Source: Macrostomum hystrix
Taxonomy: Eukaryota; Animalia; Platyhelminthes
NCBI GenBank assembly: GCA_950097015.1
Contig: CATNEN010000038.1
Span: 20,770,001 to 20,834,000 of the forward strand
Reading direction: 5' to 3'
Length of the DNA stretch: 64,000 bases
Shown piece by piece: positions 35,201 to 50,200 of the stretch (position 1 is the stretch's first letter; every line of letters starts with the position of its first letter). The position numbers and the translations under genes are program-made. A model generated the notes under the pieces. That model had not been told where the DNA came from. It saw only the letters and a list, made by a program, of their open reading frames with translations, and searched no databases.

Positions 35201-38200
35201 TCTCCCCTGTCTCATTTCTCCCGTGTCTAGTCTCTCCCTGTGTCTTATCTCTCCCTGTGTCTCATCTCGCCCTGTTTCTCATCTCTCCTGTCTCATCTCT
35301 CCCCTGTCTCATTTTTTCCGGTGTCTAGTCTCTCCCTGTGTCTAGTCTCTCCCTGTGTCTCATCTTTAGTGTGCTCAGCTCTTTTATGTTTTTTCTCTCC
35401 CCTTCATGTCTTCTCTGACTCATCTCTCCCCTATTTCATATTTCTACAGTCAAATCGGCCCGCTGTCGTCTTTTAGGTTCTCTGTTTGGCCCGCTAGAAA
35501 ATAAGTTTGCCGACCCGATGATAAAGATATTATCTAAAACCACTTTTCTACTTTTAGTCTCGTTAATTAAAACTTGTTAAATCTCGACAAGAACTGTTAA
35601 ATCGCGTGTCTAGCGATGTCTCGCGTGTATATTTGTTTTCACCCCCGTTAGTTTCTACTCTTTGCTATTATCCTTGCACGGCTAAACGGGCTAGGCTTTA
35701 GTTCCGTAATTTTTCTTTCTAACTGGTAACCAACAGCTTTGCAAGACTGAAACAGCGTCTCGAATTCCAGGTCTTAATTCTGTTGGTCCATCTGCACCTG
35801 CATTGTAGCTTAGATGCTAGAATGGCAAATATATGCTTATAGGACAAAAGAAGAGGCAGAACCACTGTCTCGTCTGATTTGTTTTTCTCTTCCTGTCCAA
35901 GCCGTCGGTGTCCGATTTCCTAGTCGGATTCCTTCGTCCCAGAGTTTTTGTTGTTGCCCTTTTAGAGCTAGACGAAAATTGTAGATAAGAGTCTAGATAA
36001 GAGAACATAAGAGTTTTTATGTCCTCAAGCGTTGTCTTTGTGTTTTTTTCAGGTCCCACTTTTCGGTTTTTGATATTTTACGAACGATTGTGAACTTCTA
36101 AAATATTATTAATCTACGTGTTTTACCACAATAACAATAGTAATTATTTACAACTGCCCTTTTTGGGTCAGAATTGCAACCAGCAGCACAGCCCGCTGTT
36201 CAGTCCATGGACTGGGGTGATACCACACCCACCCTCAATTACCCCAGCTAATGCCATTCCACCCATTTAACAGCTGAGTGAATTGCAGAGTTAAGCATTT
36301 TGCTATGAGACACGAATTGTTTTAGTGGTGTATTCGGGAATCGAACCCCCGACCTTCGAGTCTTTATTCCGACGCTCTTACTACCTTATGTAGCCTCATC
36401 TTAAAATTACTTGGACCGTGGGTCGTGCTGAAGTTTAAATTCTGCTCCCCAATAGTAGCGTTTCGTCATCTCCTATCCGATCCTTCAACACAGACTACGT
36501 GCCAATGATAGACGAGCTGCTAAACAAAGACCTGCTGTTGGGCACCGGCTACACTGTGCTAGAGACCCAGCGCCCGATAGCCTATTCTACCTTAGCCGAT
36601 CTTATTCATCATACTAGAAACGATTTGTCAGTACCAACAATGGCTATAGCCACCGAGCTATTTGCCACCTGTCTGCACGACGACACCCTGTCGCATTCCA
36701 TCCAGATTATGTCGCTGAAGCTCATGCTAAATCTGGTTGAATTTATTCGCACCAAATCAGACAAGGAGGAGCGTCTAGAAGGTCGCGAAATTCTAATGCG
36801 CATCTTTGCCGTGATTGTGCAAAAGTTCAAAGTTGTCGCCCAACGCGACTTGGAGCTGCTGAAAAGCTTGTGGTGAGTGAATTTTGTTGCGCTGATTTGA
36901 ATTATTGATGAACAGAAAGTTTATCAAATCTAATATTCATATTTTAGCGTCATCGACTCGAGTGACTCTCGAGCTACTGAGTCTGATCAATCAGCAGCTA
37001 CTGCTGCTTCTGCGTCTGTCAGATCGGCGCCAACAGTCGCTGCCGCTGTTGATACCCCGGTACCTGGAGCTGATACCCAGCGGCCAAAGCTCATATTCTA
37101 CTCCGATGAGAAGCCAGTTCACGTGGACACTGTGACGTCCGTGTTCAATCCGTACGCAGCCCAATCGCCCAAGGAGATGTACCAAGACATGCGCGCCCTG
37201 GTTAAAATTCTAATCCAAGGCATCAAAACGGTGGCCTGGAATATCAACGTGATCAGTTATCAGCCGCCGGATAATAATCCAAAGCAGTTGCGCGCTAAAG
37301 AGGTCCGGCACTTTGTGGACTTGGCTATCTACGCATTTCAAGCACTGGATGTGTTTGTCATCTCATACAAGGATAATCAGCTTGTGATGCGGCCGCCACA
37401 GTGAGTGCTTCGTTTCAGTATAATTAACATTAAACTGGCTTTTTTTAATTTATGCCACTGATCTTTTAAAACGAAGCACGTGTTTTTAACGTGTTTCATA
37501 ATTAAACCGTCAAAAATTTAGTTTGCTAACTGTTAGTTTGTCCTTGTGACCTTAATATTTTGGGTTTTACGTAATTTTTATTCTTTGCCTTAATTTGACT
37601 TGAAATTTAGTAAGGAAAAGAGAATACTAAAGTAGGTATCATCTTTCATGTTCGATTTATTACTTAAGATATTACTAAATAATTTATACTTATTTACCGG
37701 GGGTTCGGTGAAAGAGCGGTTAACGCGTTTGCCTCTCGCACCTAGGATCCCTGAGTTCGATTCCACGGCGAGGCCACATTTATTTGGGGCGCAGCCGCGG
37801 AGAGAAGGCTTGGCGGCTTGTCGTGCAATTTACGCCCTTGAGGGCCAACCTCCAAGGCACAGTGAGAGTGTACACTGCCTGACGATGAGAAAGTCAGGGC
37901 AGATGTACACACCTGTGTGAGCGTGTGCCTGCGTACAGTATCTGTGTGCGTGTGAGCTCAGGAGTCAGTGGGCAGAATTGCCTGGCTGCGGGTCTAGTTT
38001 CACCAAATGATGTGCCATTCTGCAGTTATGATTATGATTATTTTTATTTTATTTTTATTATACTTATTTAACCAATCCTTGTGCACGTTAGCTTGTCCAT
38101 CCACTATCTGAAGACCAAGGAAGACAAGGACATCATGGATCATCTGGGCACTGTGTACACAATGCTAACACCAGTGTCATTCAGAGAAATTTTCGCCTCG

Positions 38201-41200
38201 GTAATTGATGTAAGTGTTCTCTTATTGAGTTCTTGTTTAATCAAAATTACTGAAAAATACTGAAAGATACTGATACTGATACTGAAAATTAGGACTTGAC
38301 GCTCGAAACATTTCCATCTTTGCTGATTAAATATTCACATATTAATGCTGTCCAGTGATTAAATTAAAGTATTTGAACTCCTGTTTTAAATAAAATTCAA
38401 ATGGTTGACTGAAAATTAGTTAACCCTAAATTAACTCAAGGCAAATTTCAATTTCTAATCAATTCCAAGCTGGAAAGAAAGTTTTGGTGTCATCTTTTAA
38501 CCTTATTTGTTACTTTTCTCTGCACTTAGATCCCATATCAGCTTTTAACTTCTTCCATTATCACCCGTAATTACCAGGTTCACCAATCATCATCCCAGAT
38601 CCTCAGGCTCACCAATCATCTTTTTAGATCGTCAGGTTTACCAATCATCTTTCTAGATCCTCAGGCTCACCAATCATCTTTTTAGATCGTCAGGTTTACC
38701 AATCATCTTTCTAGATCCTCAGGCTCACCAATCATCTTCCCAGATCCTCAGGCTCACCAATCATCTTTCTAGATCCTCAGGCTCACCAATCATCTTCCCA
38801 AATTGTCAGGCTCACCAATCATCTTCCCAGATCCTCAGGCTCACCAATCATCATCCCAGATCCTCAGGCTCACCAATCATCATCCCAGTTCCTCAGGCTC
38901 ACCAATCATCATCCCAGATCCTCAGGCTCACCAATCATCATCCCAGATCCTCAGGCTCACCAATCATCTTCCCAGATCCTCAGGCTCACCAATCATCATC
39001 CCAGATCCTCAGGCTCACCAATCATCATCCCATATCCTCAGGCTCACCAATCATCATCCCATATCCTCAGGCTCACCAATCATCATCCCATATCCTCAGG
39101 CTCACCAATTATCATCCCAGATCCTCAGGCTCACCAATCATCATCCCAGATCCTCAGGCTCACCAATCATCATCCCAGATCCTCAGGCTCACCAATCATC
39201 ATCCCATATCCTCAGGCTCACCAATCATCTTTTTAGATCGTCAGGTTTACCAATCATCTTTCTAGATCCTCAGGCTCACCAATCATCTTTTTAGATCGTC
39301 AGGTTTACCAATCATCTTTCTAGATCCTCAGGCTCACCAATCATCTTCCCAGATCCTCAGGCTCACCAATCATCTTTCTAGATCCTCAGGCTCACCAATC
39401 ATCTTCCCAAATTGTCAGGCTCACCAATCATCTTCCCAGATCCTCAGGCTCACCAATCATCATCCCAGATCCTCAGGCTCACCAATCATCATCCCAGTTC
39501 CTCAGGCTCACCAATCATCATCCCAGATCCTCAGGCTCACCAATCATCATCCCAGATCCTCAGGCTCACCAATCATCTTCCCAGATCCTCAGGCTCACCA
39601 ATCATCATCCCAGATCCTCAGGCTCACCAATCATCATCCCATATCCTCAGGCTCACCAATCATCATCCCATATCCTCAGGCTCACCAATCATCATCCCAT
39701 ATCCTCAGGCTCACCAATTATCATCCCAGATCCTCAGGCTCACCAATCATCATCCCAGATCCTCAGGCTCACCAATCATCATCCCAGATCCTCAGGCTCA
39801 CCAATCATCATCCCAGATCCTCAGGTTCATAAAAAATCTACCTAGATTCTCAGGCTAATAGTCCATTTTTCACGGGCAGAACACGAATCATTTTAGATTA
39901 AGTATACAGCACCTTGCTTCAAAGTGTTGCCTGAACTTTAATCTACATTATTTCCGCAGTACTACATGGAGCGCACAAAGAAGAACTCTGCAATACAGTT
40001 GCTGGCGCAGACATTTCTAGCCTATCCGACAATCTCCAGCTCATTCGCCAGCCTGCTGTTAGACTATCTGTTGCGCAGACTTGAAGAGCTTGGCAACAAT
40101 GGCGACGTGGCCACTCTCTATCTAAAGCTGTTCAAACTGGTATTCAGCTCCGTTTCACTTATTCCGGCAGAGAATGAGCAGATGCTCAAGCCGCACTTGC
40201 GCACTCTGGTTAATAATTCAATTCGATTGGCAAAGATTTCTAAGGAGCCCTACAATTATTTCTTACTGCTCAGGGCTTTGTTCAGGTAATACTTTATTCT
40301 CTTTAAACACTAAGTTTGCGCAAAGGCAGGTGAATTCTAAACCTTTTTAACTCGACATGTACCAGTTGTTGTACACTGATCTCGACCACCCTATTCCTCA
40401 ATGTACATGCAGTCTCAACCACCTCATTTATAAATGTACATCGTTTCGTTTCGACCACTTCATTCCTTAATGTACATTTAGTCCCACCCCATTCCCCAAT
40501 GTACATCCTGTCTGAACCACCCCATTCCCCAATGTACATCCTATCTGAACCACCCCATTCCCCAATGTACATCCTGTCTGAACCACCCCATTCCCCAATG
40601 TACATCCTGTCTGAACCACCCCATTCCCCAATGTACATTCCGTCTCGCCCAGCCCATTCCTTGCTGTACATCAATATAATCCTGACCGACCTAATTCTAG
40701 ATGTACATACTGGTTAATCGCTTTAATCCTCAATGATTCAATGGCGCCAATCAATTTCCCATTCGCAGGTCAATCGGAGGCGGAAATCACGATATGCTCT
40801 ATCAGGAGTTTCTGCCACTGCTGCCTAATCTGCTGCAAACGTTGAACAACTTTCAAAGCTGGCCACAGCGCGGCCAAATGAAGGACCTGTTTATCGAACT
40901 GTGCCTAACTGTTCCAGTCAGGTTGAGCTCGCTGCTGCCCTACCTGAATCTGCTCATGGATCCGCTAGTGTCTGCTCTCAATGGATCTCAGGCCCTAGTT
41001 AGTCAGGGCTTGCGCACATTGGAACTCTGCGTGGACAATCTGCAGCCGGATTTTCTCTACGACCAGATTCACCCAGTTAGGGCCGGCATGATGCAGGCCC
41101 TATGGCAGGCAATGCGCAGCCCGCACGATGCCATTAGACAGGCCGCTTTTCGCATTCTGGGTAATGGTCTTCGGGGGGAATGTTTGTCTTATAAGGATTG

Positions 41201-44200
41201 GCAAATTTTAATAAGGAATAGATGGGATAGATATGGATTGGATGGGATAGATATTGATTTGATGGAGTAGATAGGGATTTGATGGGTTAGATAAGGATTG
41301 GTAGGGTAGATAATGATTGGTAGGGTAGATAAGGATTGTGTGGGGTAGATAAGGATTAAAATGAGTAGATAAGGATTGTGTGGGGTAGATAAGGATTGTG
41401 TGGGGTAGATAAGGATTGTGTGGGGTAGATAAGGATTGTGTGGGGTAGATAAGGATTGTGTGGGGTAGATAAGGATTGTGTGGGGTAGATAAGGATTGTG
41501 TGGGGTAGATAAGGATTAGAATGAGTAGATAAGGATTGGCTGAGTCAAAGAAGGATCTAATTAGGTATATAAGGATTGGATAGGGTAGATAGAATTTGAT
41601 GATGTAGACAAGGTTTTGAGATAAAAGGCTAGGTTGAGTTAGATTCAGTATGGTTAGATGGAGTAGCAAAGCGGATTAAGTAAGTGAACTGATTATTTTT
41701 CAACTGTCAACTGTTATTTCGGCTGATTGTACAGGCAAATTCGGCGGTAGTAATCGCAGAACTCTTCACGAATACCAGACTCTGGCGCCGTCCAAACGTT
41801 CGCTAGCCGCTGCAGCCGCCATTGACGAAGGCAGCTATCGGGGCCCTGGCGCTGAGCTAGCCAATAGAGGCAGCGATTCCGCAGATTCTACGGTTGCTAT
41901 GCTAATTAGATTCGGCGGGGCTAAACGCGACACGGAAGTGCCAGTCGACGAGCTATTGGCTACTGCCCGGCGGTGCCTGGCCGGCCAATTAGAATTAAAT
42001 AGTCCGTTAACCCTGCAATATTATCGATTGGCTAGCCTACGATTGGTTAAAGCATTTTTAGCCGCTGTGTTCGCAAACGCTGAATTATCTACTTCCAGTA
42101 ATAGTAGTAGTGCAGCAACCGTGGCCCCGGCTAGCGATTGCGTAATAAGCGAATCAGATGCCTGTCCCGCTTTAGTGTCGGCTCTTACAGCTGTCCTATT
42201 GGCTGCCAGTCAATCCGAATTGAGAATGGAAGCCGCTCCGATTGCCGCCTTTGCTATTCGACGGGTGGCTGCTATGTCAACGTCTGTTACTGCTGACACT
42301 GCCTCAATGCGAGTGTTTGCAGCATCGCTTATTGAAGCTATTGCTGAGGTAGGGTGTGTCATGCTTTCTGTCCGTTTTTTTGCAGCCCTAAACAATCATC
42401 TCTAATATGGGCGTTGATCCGATAACTTCTTAACCTAGCAACACACCATTACCTTAGCAACACACCATTACAGATCACAGATCAGGCGATTCACCCACTG
42501 GGTCACAGATCAAACGATTCACACACTGGGTCACAGATCAGGCGATTCACACACTGGGTCATAGATCAGGCGATTCACACACTGGGTCACAGATCAGGCG
42601 ATTCACACACTGGGTCATAGATCAGGCGATTCACACACTGGGTCACAGATCAAACGATTCACCCACTTGGTCACAGATCTGGCGATTCACACACTGGGTC
42701 ACAGATCAAACGATTCACCCACTTGGTCACAGATCTGGCGATTCACCCACTGGGTCACAGATCAGGCGATTCACCCACTTGGTCACAGATCAGGCGATTC
42801 ACACACTGGGTCACAGATCAAACGATTCACCCACTTGGTCACAGATCAGGCGATTCACCCACTGGGTCACAGATCAGGCGATTCACCCACTTGGTCACAG
42901 ATCAGGCGATTCACACACTGGGTCACAGATCAGGCGATTCACACACTGGGTCATAGATCAGGCGATTCACACACTGGGTCATAGATCAGGCGATTCACAC
43001 ACTGGGTCATAGATCAGGCGATTCACACACTGGGTCACAGATCAGGCGATTCACCCACTGTTTAGTAAGTCATTGTGATTGCTCTTCACTGCGCAGGTCC
43101 TCGCCGACGAAGAGAAGCAGCTTGCCTCGGTGGGCTGCGCTGCTCTCGATCAGCTGCAGGCCGTCTGCCTGGCGAAACTCCGCGGCAACGAAGATTCGGT
43201 TCGCCGGCTGCCGATATTCTCCGCAGCCGCCAGTCGTTGCCTTCGACTCTGCTACGCTCGCTCCTGGTTCGCCAAGGGCGGCGGCTGCTGCGGCTTGAAG
43301 CGCCTGATGCGCCTACTTGGCCGCAGTTTCCTGCTACCTAGGCAGGCCCAATTAGCCAAGGCGCTGCTGTTTGTACTGGCCGACTTAGCTGCCGAGATTG
43401 GCCAGGGAGCGCCGAAATTGGCCGAGCAGACGCTGGAAATGATGACTAGAATGCTGTGCGAGATTCCCGCTGGAGTTGGGGTTGGTGCTGTCGTTTCTGT
43501 ATTATTTACCACCCTTAAACATTATTGCTGAGTCCTACTATTTAAAGGCATCTTGATAAAAAACATAGATCCCAGAAAATCTTAAAGATCTTCATCCCAT
43601 ATGATCTAGGAATCTTCATCCTTAAAATGAAGAGATATTGATCCCAGAAAATCTGTGAGCTTAATCCCAGAAAATCCGCGATCTTAATCCCACAAAATCT
43701 GTGATCCTAATCCCACAAAATCTGTGAGCTTAATCGCAGAAAATCTGTTATCTTAATCCCAGAAAATCTGTGATCCTAATCCCAGAAAATCTGTGATCTT
43801 AATCCCAGAAAATCTTAAAGATCTTCATCCCATATGATCTAGGAATCTTCATCCTTAAAATGAAGAGATATTGATCCCAGAAAATCTGTGAGCTTAATCC
43901 CAGAAAATCCGCGATCCTAATCCCACAAAATCTGTGAGCTTAATCGCAGAAAATCTGTGATCCTAATCCCAGAAAATCTGTGATCCTAATCCCTCAAAAT
44001 CTGTGATCTTAATCCCACAAAATCTGTGATCTTAATCCCACAAAATCTGTGATCCTAATCCCAGAAAATCTTTGATCCTAATCCCAGAAAATCTGTGATC
44101 CTAATCCCACAAAATCTTTGATCCTAATCCCACAAAATCTTTGATCCTAATCCCACAAAATCTGTTATCTTAATCCCACAAAATCTGTTATCTTAATCCC

Positions 44201-47200
44201 ACAAAATCTCTTATCTTAATCCCACAAAATCTGTGATCTTAATCCCAGAAAATCTGTGATCCTAATCCCAGAAAATCTGTGATCTTAATCCCAGAAAATC
44301 TGTGATCCTAATCCCACAAAATCTGTGATCTAAATCCCACAAAATCTGTGATCCTAATCCCACAAAATCTGTGATCCTAATCCCACAAAATCTGTGATCC
44401 TAATCCCACAAAATCTTTGATCCTAATCCCACAAAATCTGTTATCTTAATCCCACAAAATCTGTTATCTTAATCCCACAAAATCTCTTATCTTAATCCCA
44501 CAAAATCTGTGATCTTAATCCCAGAAAATCTGTGATCCTAATCCCAGAAAATCTGTGATCTTAATCCCAGAAAATCTGTGATCCTAATCCCACAAAATCT
44601 GTGATCTAAATCCCACAAAATCTGTGATCCTAATCCCAGAAAATCTGTGATCCTAATCCCAGAAAATCTGTGATCCTAATCCCACAAAATCCGTGATCTT
44701 AATCCCAGAAAGTCTGTGATCCTAATCCCACAAAATCCGTGATCCTAATCCCACAAAATCCGTGATCTTAATCCCAGAAAATCTGTGATCCTAATCCCAC
44801 AAAATCCGTGATCTTAATCCCAGAAAATCTGTGATCTTATTCCCAGAAAGTCTGCGATCTTATTCCCAGAAAGTCTGCGATCTTATTCCCAGAAAGTCTG
44901 CGATCTTATTCCCAGAAAGTCTGCGATCTTATTCCCAGAAAGTCTGCGATCTTAATCCCAGAAAACCTGCGATCTTAATCCCAGAAAATCTGCGATCTTA
45001 ATCCCAGAAAATCTGCGATCTTAATCCCACAAAATCTGCGATCTTAATCCCAGAAAACCTGCGATCTTAATCCCAGAAAATCTGCGATCTTAATCCCAGA
45101 AAATCTGCGATCTTAATCCCAGAAAATCTGCGATCTTAATCCCATAAAATCTGCGCTCTTGATTCCAGAGATTTTTATCCCATTAGATCTGGATCCCAAA
45201 ATGTTAATCCTGGGATTCAGATCCCAGCTAAACAGGGATACGATTCTCTTACAGCTAAGAGAATCGCTTACCCAGTTGTTTTCCAATTCCTACTTAGAAA
45301 ATACATTTGCTCCTCCCTCTCTAAATTGTATTTCTAGGAAGAGCAGAAGCAGCAGAAGCAGCAACAAACAGTGTCCGCAGTTGGTCCCTTCCTAGCTGTG
45401 CTAGCGCAGCACTTGGCCAATCCAAACGATTCAGCTAGGCAAGCCTCAATGAATACTCTGATTTTGATAGGCCAGCTAACTGGCCAGGAGGTGTCGGCAT
45501 TGCTAGCCCCGCTGCGGGACCAGTATCTGGACGATTGTCTGCCGCCAACGAGACTGCTCAAACAGCATCTGCTGGCTCAACAGGTTGGTTTTTTAATACA
45601 GAATGCTAGTAATATCGATACAAAAGCACGTAGTGCTTCACAATTTATAAATAAATTTCTGCCAGAACCGAATTTTTTTAATCTTAAATTGATGTTTTAA
45701 TAACTAGACTGAATATTTTTTTAAAGAAAATATTTCTTTAAGAAAGAAAGATTTATTATTTACAAAAATATGTGCCGCAAGCCTAGCGACATGTACTATT
45801 GATGTGTTGCTATGGAAATAATATGTTTATTGGATACGTGTTCGTATAGAAATAATGGATTAGGTAGAATTTGTTGCTCGGGAAACAATGTTTCTAGAGG
45901 AATTTGTTGCTAGAGGAAATAGATTATATTCCTAAGGTTATGGTGTGTTGCTAGGGTGTTGGTGTTGTTGCTAGGGTGAGCGTGTGTTGCTAGGGTGATG
46001 GTGTTGTTGCTAGAATGATGGTGTGTTGCTAGGGTGATGGTGTGTTGCTAGGGTGATGGTGTGTTGCTAGGGTGATGGTGTGTTGCTAGGGTGATGGTGT
46101 TGTTGCTAGGATGATGGTGTGTGTGTTGCTAGGGTGATGGTGTGTTGCTTGGGTGATTGTGTTGTTGCTAGCTGGTGATAGTGAGTTCCTAGGCTGATAG
46201 TGTGCTGCTAAAGGTGACGGAGATAGTGGGTTTGCTAGGCCAGCTAGGGTTATGATGTGTTGCTAGGGTGACGGTGTGTTGCTAGGCTGAAGTATGTTGT
46301 TAGGGTGAAAGTGTGTTGCTAGGGTGACGGTGTGTTTGTAGGCAGATTTTCAAATAGAATAATATTTGTTACCACATTTAAAGAACTGTGCTCAGTTATC
46401 GCTATCTTGAACTCACTAATAGGTGGCCATAGTCGACTGCAACAGGTTCTGCTCGGAGCTCACGCCGCCCCTAGTTACACTGGAGCCTGAGCGCTGCGAG
46501 CATCACAAAGCATTCCTAGCGGATTTAATCAAGATTGCCGAAAGCAACGAGGCCAGTCTAAAAAAACAGCCCTGCTATGCCAATGCGAAATCGCTTACCC
46601 AGCTCAAATGCCTAGTGGCTAAATTATTGGCTAGTGTGAACTTTGTACAGCAGCGAGATGCTAATACCGATAAGCGAATCTTTGAAGTACTTTTCCAAGA
46701 GATGTGCTCGGATGTACCCGAACTACACGATTCCGCTTTCAACTGTTTGCAACGGTTCTGGCGCCGGGCCCACCTTGACGTGACCCTGCTGCAGCAGAAT
46801 GTAAAACCAATTTTATCCGACCTGCGCAACTGGCTTAGCATGACCACCGCCACTCTGCAGAGGCTGGCCTATTGTACCAAGCTCTACTCGGGCGTGTTTA
46901 GCGAGAGACTGTGCGACTCGCTGCAGGCTCATCTGCAGCCGCTGCTGGAAGCTCTGGTCAATGCTTACAAGACTAACGCACAGAACATCATGAAAGATGT
47001 CATGCCTAAGGTTGGTAAAACCTGAATGTTTGATTTCCATAGTTCTTATAATATTGGTTGATTACACCTGCCCCAATAGGGCCAGATCTGTAGCCGACAG
47101 CACAGCCGGATCTGAAGGCTGCGTACGACTGTTCAGTCCATGGACTGGGCAGGGGGCCACACCGCAGCTATTGCGGTTACCCATTTAACAGCTGGGTGAA

Positions 47201-50200
47201 CTGAAGTAATGCATAGTTAATTGTGTCTTGCTAAATGGCACAAATTGTTCCAGCGTAGTCGGGAATCGAACCCCCGACCTTCCGTAATTCTAGTCAATCA
47301 GTCCCCTATGCGTAGTTCTATAATCCTTATCCACGTAGCCTAGATTGGTAGATTTCTGTAGTTCAACAATCCTTATCTAGTCTAGAATTGTATATTTCTG
47401 TAGTTCTTCAATCCTTATCTAGTCTAGATTGGTAGAGTTCTGTACTTCTACAATCCTTATCTAGTCTAGAATTGTATATTTCTGTAGTTCTTCAATCCTT
47501 ATCTAGTCTAGAATTGTATATTTCTGTAGTTCTTCAATCCTTATCTAGTCTAGAATTGTATATTTCTGTAGTTCTTCAATCCTTATCTAGTCTAGATTGG
47601 TAGAGTTCTGTACTTCTACAATCCCTATCTAGTCTAGAATGGTAGATTTCTGTAGTTCTTCAATCCTTATCTAGTCTAGATTGGTAGAGTTCTGTAGTTC
47701 AACAATCCTTATCTAGTCTAGAATGGTAGATTTCTGTAGTACTACAATAATATCTAGTCAAAAAGGGTAGATATCAAATTGTTTATAGCATTCTTGGTTT
47801 TTTAAATCAGGCTAAAGGTACATTTATTTTATCGAACCCGATCACCTGCTACAGGAGATGCTAATCTGCGTCAAGGTCCTGGACATTTTTCATTTGATTC
47901 CATCTGCATCGTCCAAGTACATTGAGCCACTGTGCAAAATGGTGCTGGACACTGAGAAGATGCTACACATAGAGCCTAGCAGTCCTCTGAGAGAGCCTCT
48001 GTTGCGCTTTCTATTGCGCTATCCGCAGGAATTTTTGACATTCAGTTTTCGACCGCCAGTGTTTAATGACTGTCATTATAGGCGATTCTTTCTAGTAAGT
48101 GTCATCGTCTTGGATTTACAATTCCATGATTCTAGTCCCAATCATTTGATCCCAGTCCCAAGTCCTATCCAAGTCCAATCCAAGTCCCAACCCTATGATC
48201 CCAGTCCCAATCCTATGATCCCAATTATCTAAGTCCCAGTTATATAATCTCAGATCCAATTCCACGATCCCAGTCCCAATTTTATGATCCCAGTCCCTAT
48301 TCCATGATCCCAGTCCCAATCCTATGATTCCAGTCTCAATTCCATGATCCCAGTCCCAATCCCATGATCCCAGTCCCAATCCCATGATCCCCGTCCCATT
48401 TATATGATCCCAGTCCCAATTCCATAATCCCCGTCCCAATCCTATGATCCCAGTCCCAATTCCATAATCCCCGTCCCATTTATATGATCCCAGTCTCAAT
48501 TCCATAATCCCCGTCCCAATCCTATGATCCCAGTCTCAATTCCATGATCCCAGTCCCTATTATATGATCCCAGTCTCAATTCCATGATCCCAGTCCCTAT
48601 TATATGATCCCAGTCTCAATTCCATGATCCCCGTCCCAATCCTATGATCCCAGTCTCAATTCCATGATCCCAGTCCCTATTATATGATCCCAGTCTCAAT
48701 TCCATGATCCCAGTCTCAATCCCATGATCCCAGTCCCTATTATATGATCCCAGTCTCAATTCCATGATCCCAGTCCCTTTTTCTCAGTCCCTGTGATCCT
48801 AGTCCTAGTGCCAATCCTGTACTCTACTTTTCCTTATCCCAGTGGTGCCTCCGCCAAGAGTCCAGCGCCGAATTGCGTCGTCATGTGACTAACAGCGCCG
48901 CCCAGCTGACCGAGATGCTGCAGAAGGCTTCAGCGCCAGGCGGCCAACTGCTTCTTAGTCCAGCTAGCGACGTGGATCCTCGCTACTTCATTCTGTGCGC
49001 AGTGAACACCGTCAAAGACTGGGAGCCAGACCTGCTGCTGCGTCAGCTAGATCTGATCAATGCTGTGCTGCAGTTCTGGATTACCAACGGCTCCATCGCC
49101 TGCTGGGCTCCCAGGACCGGAGGCGGCGGTGGCAGCATTCAGCAACAGCAGCAGCAGCTGAGAAACTTAACACCGGCTTTCTATACGGAGTCGGATCTGC
49201 CTGAGATCGTGGTTGAAATACTACTGTACTTTTATAAGTGAGTCTTTTTTATAAAATGTGCATTTCAGCCATTTCTATTCGTTTTTTTTTCACCTAGTGG
49301 TTTTAATATTTCACTAGTGGTTTACTGAAGGAAATTGTATCCTTGTGGTTAGAGAGTGGGACTCACGACTTGTAGGTACTTGTAGGTCGGGGGTTCGATT
49401 CCCGACTCCACTGGAACAATTTGTGTCCTTTTAGCAAGACAGTTAACTCTGCATTGCTTCAGTTCAAAGTATAAAGTATAAAAATATTAATTAAAGCTCC
49501 GGATTTTTTACAAAAGGTTGGGAGTTTGAGTCTGGGCGAAAAGAAAGCAATTTTTGCGTCCCTAAGTGAGACGCTTAAAGCACTGTTGCTTTAGTTTCTG
49601 CTGGAAGCGGATAGCTACAAGCATCTGCTAGATCAGGGGTCGGCAAACTTATTAGCTAGCGGGCAAAAAAGAGAACCTAAAAGACGACAGCGGGCCGCAT
49701 TGACTGTAGAAATGTAAGAGAAATATATCAGAGATATGGAAGAGATGAGACACAGGAGAGATGAGACAGAAGCGAGACGAGACACGGTAAAGATGACGCA
49801 CGGGAGAGGTGAGACAAAGGAGAGATAAGGCACGGGAGAGACGAGACACGGGGGAGATGACACACGGGAGAGGTGAGACAAAGGAGAGATAAGGCACGGG
49901 AGAGACGAGACACGGGGGAGATGACACACGGGAGAGGTGAGACAAAGGAGAGATAAGGCACGGGAGAGGTGAGACAAAGGAGAGATAAGGCACGGGAGAG
50001 ACGAGACACGGGGGAGATGACACACGGGAGAGGTGAGACAAAGGAGAGATAAGGCACGGGAGAGGTGAGCCAAAGGAGAGGTGAGACAAAGGAGAGATAA
50101 GGCACGGGAGAGACGAGACACGGGGGAGATGACACACGGGAGAGGTGAGACAAAGGAGAGATAAGGCACGGGAGAGGTGAGACAAAGGAGAGATAAGGCA

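Noticed and set aside
34368-35476. Long repetitive ORFs (also 4055-4501, 20707-21059, 25822-27209, 38803-39858, 42667-43012, 49633-50387, 56101-56745, 57797-58609, 59508-61991)
   Set aside because: These are translations of stop-free minisatellites, open in several frames and located inside introns of real genes.
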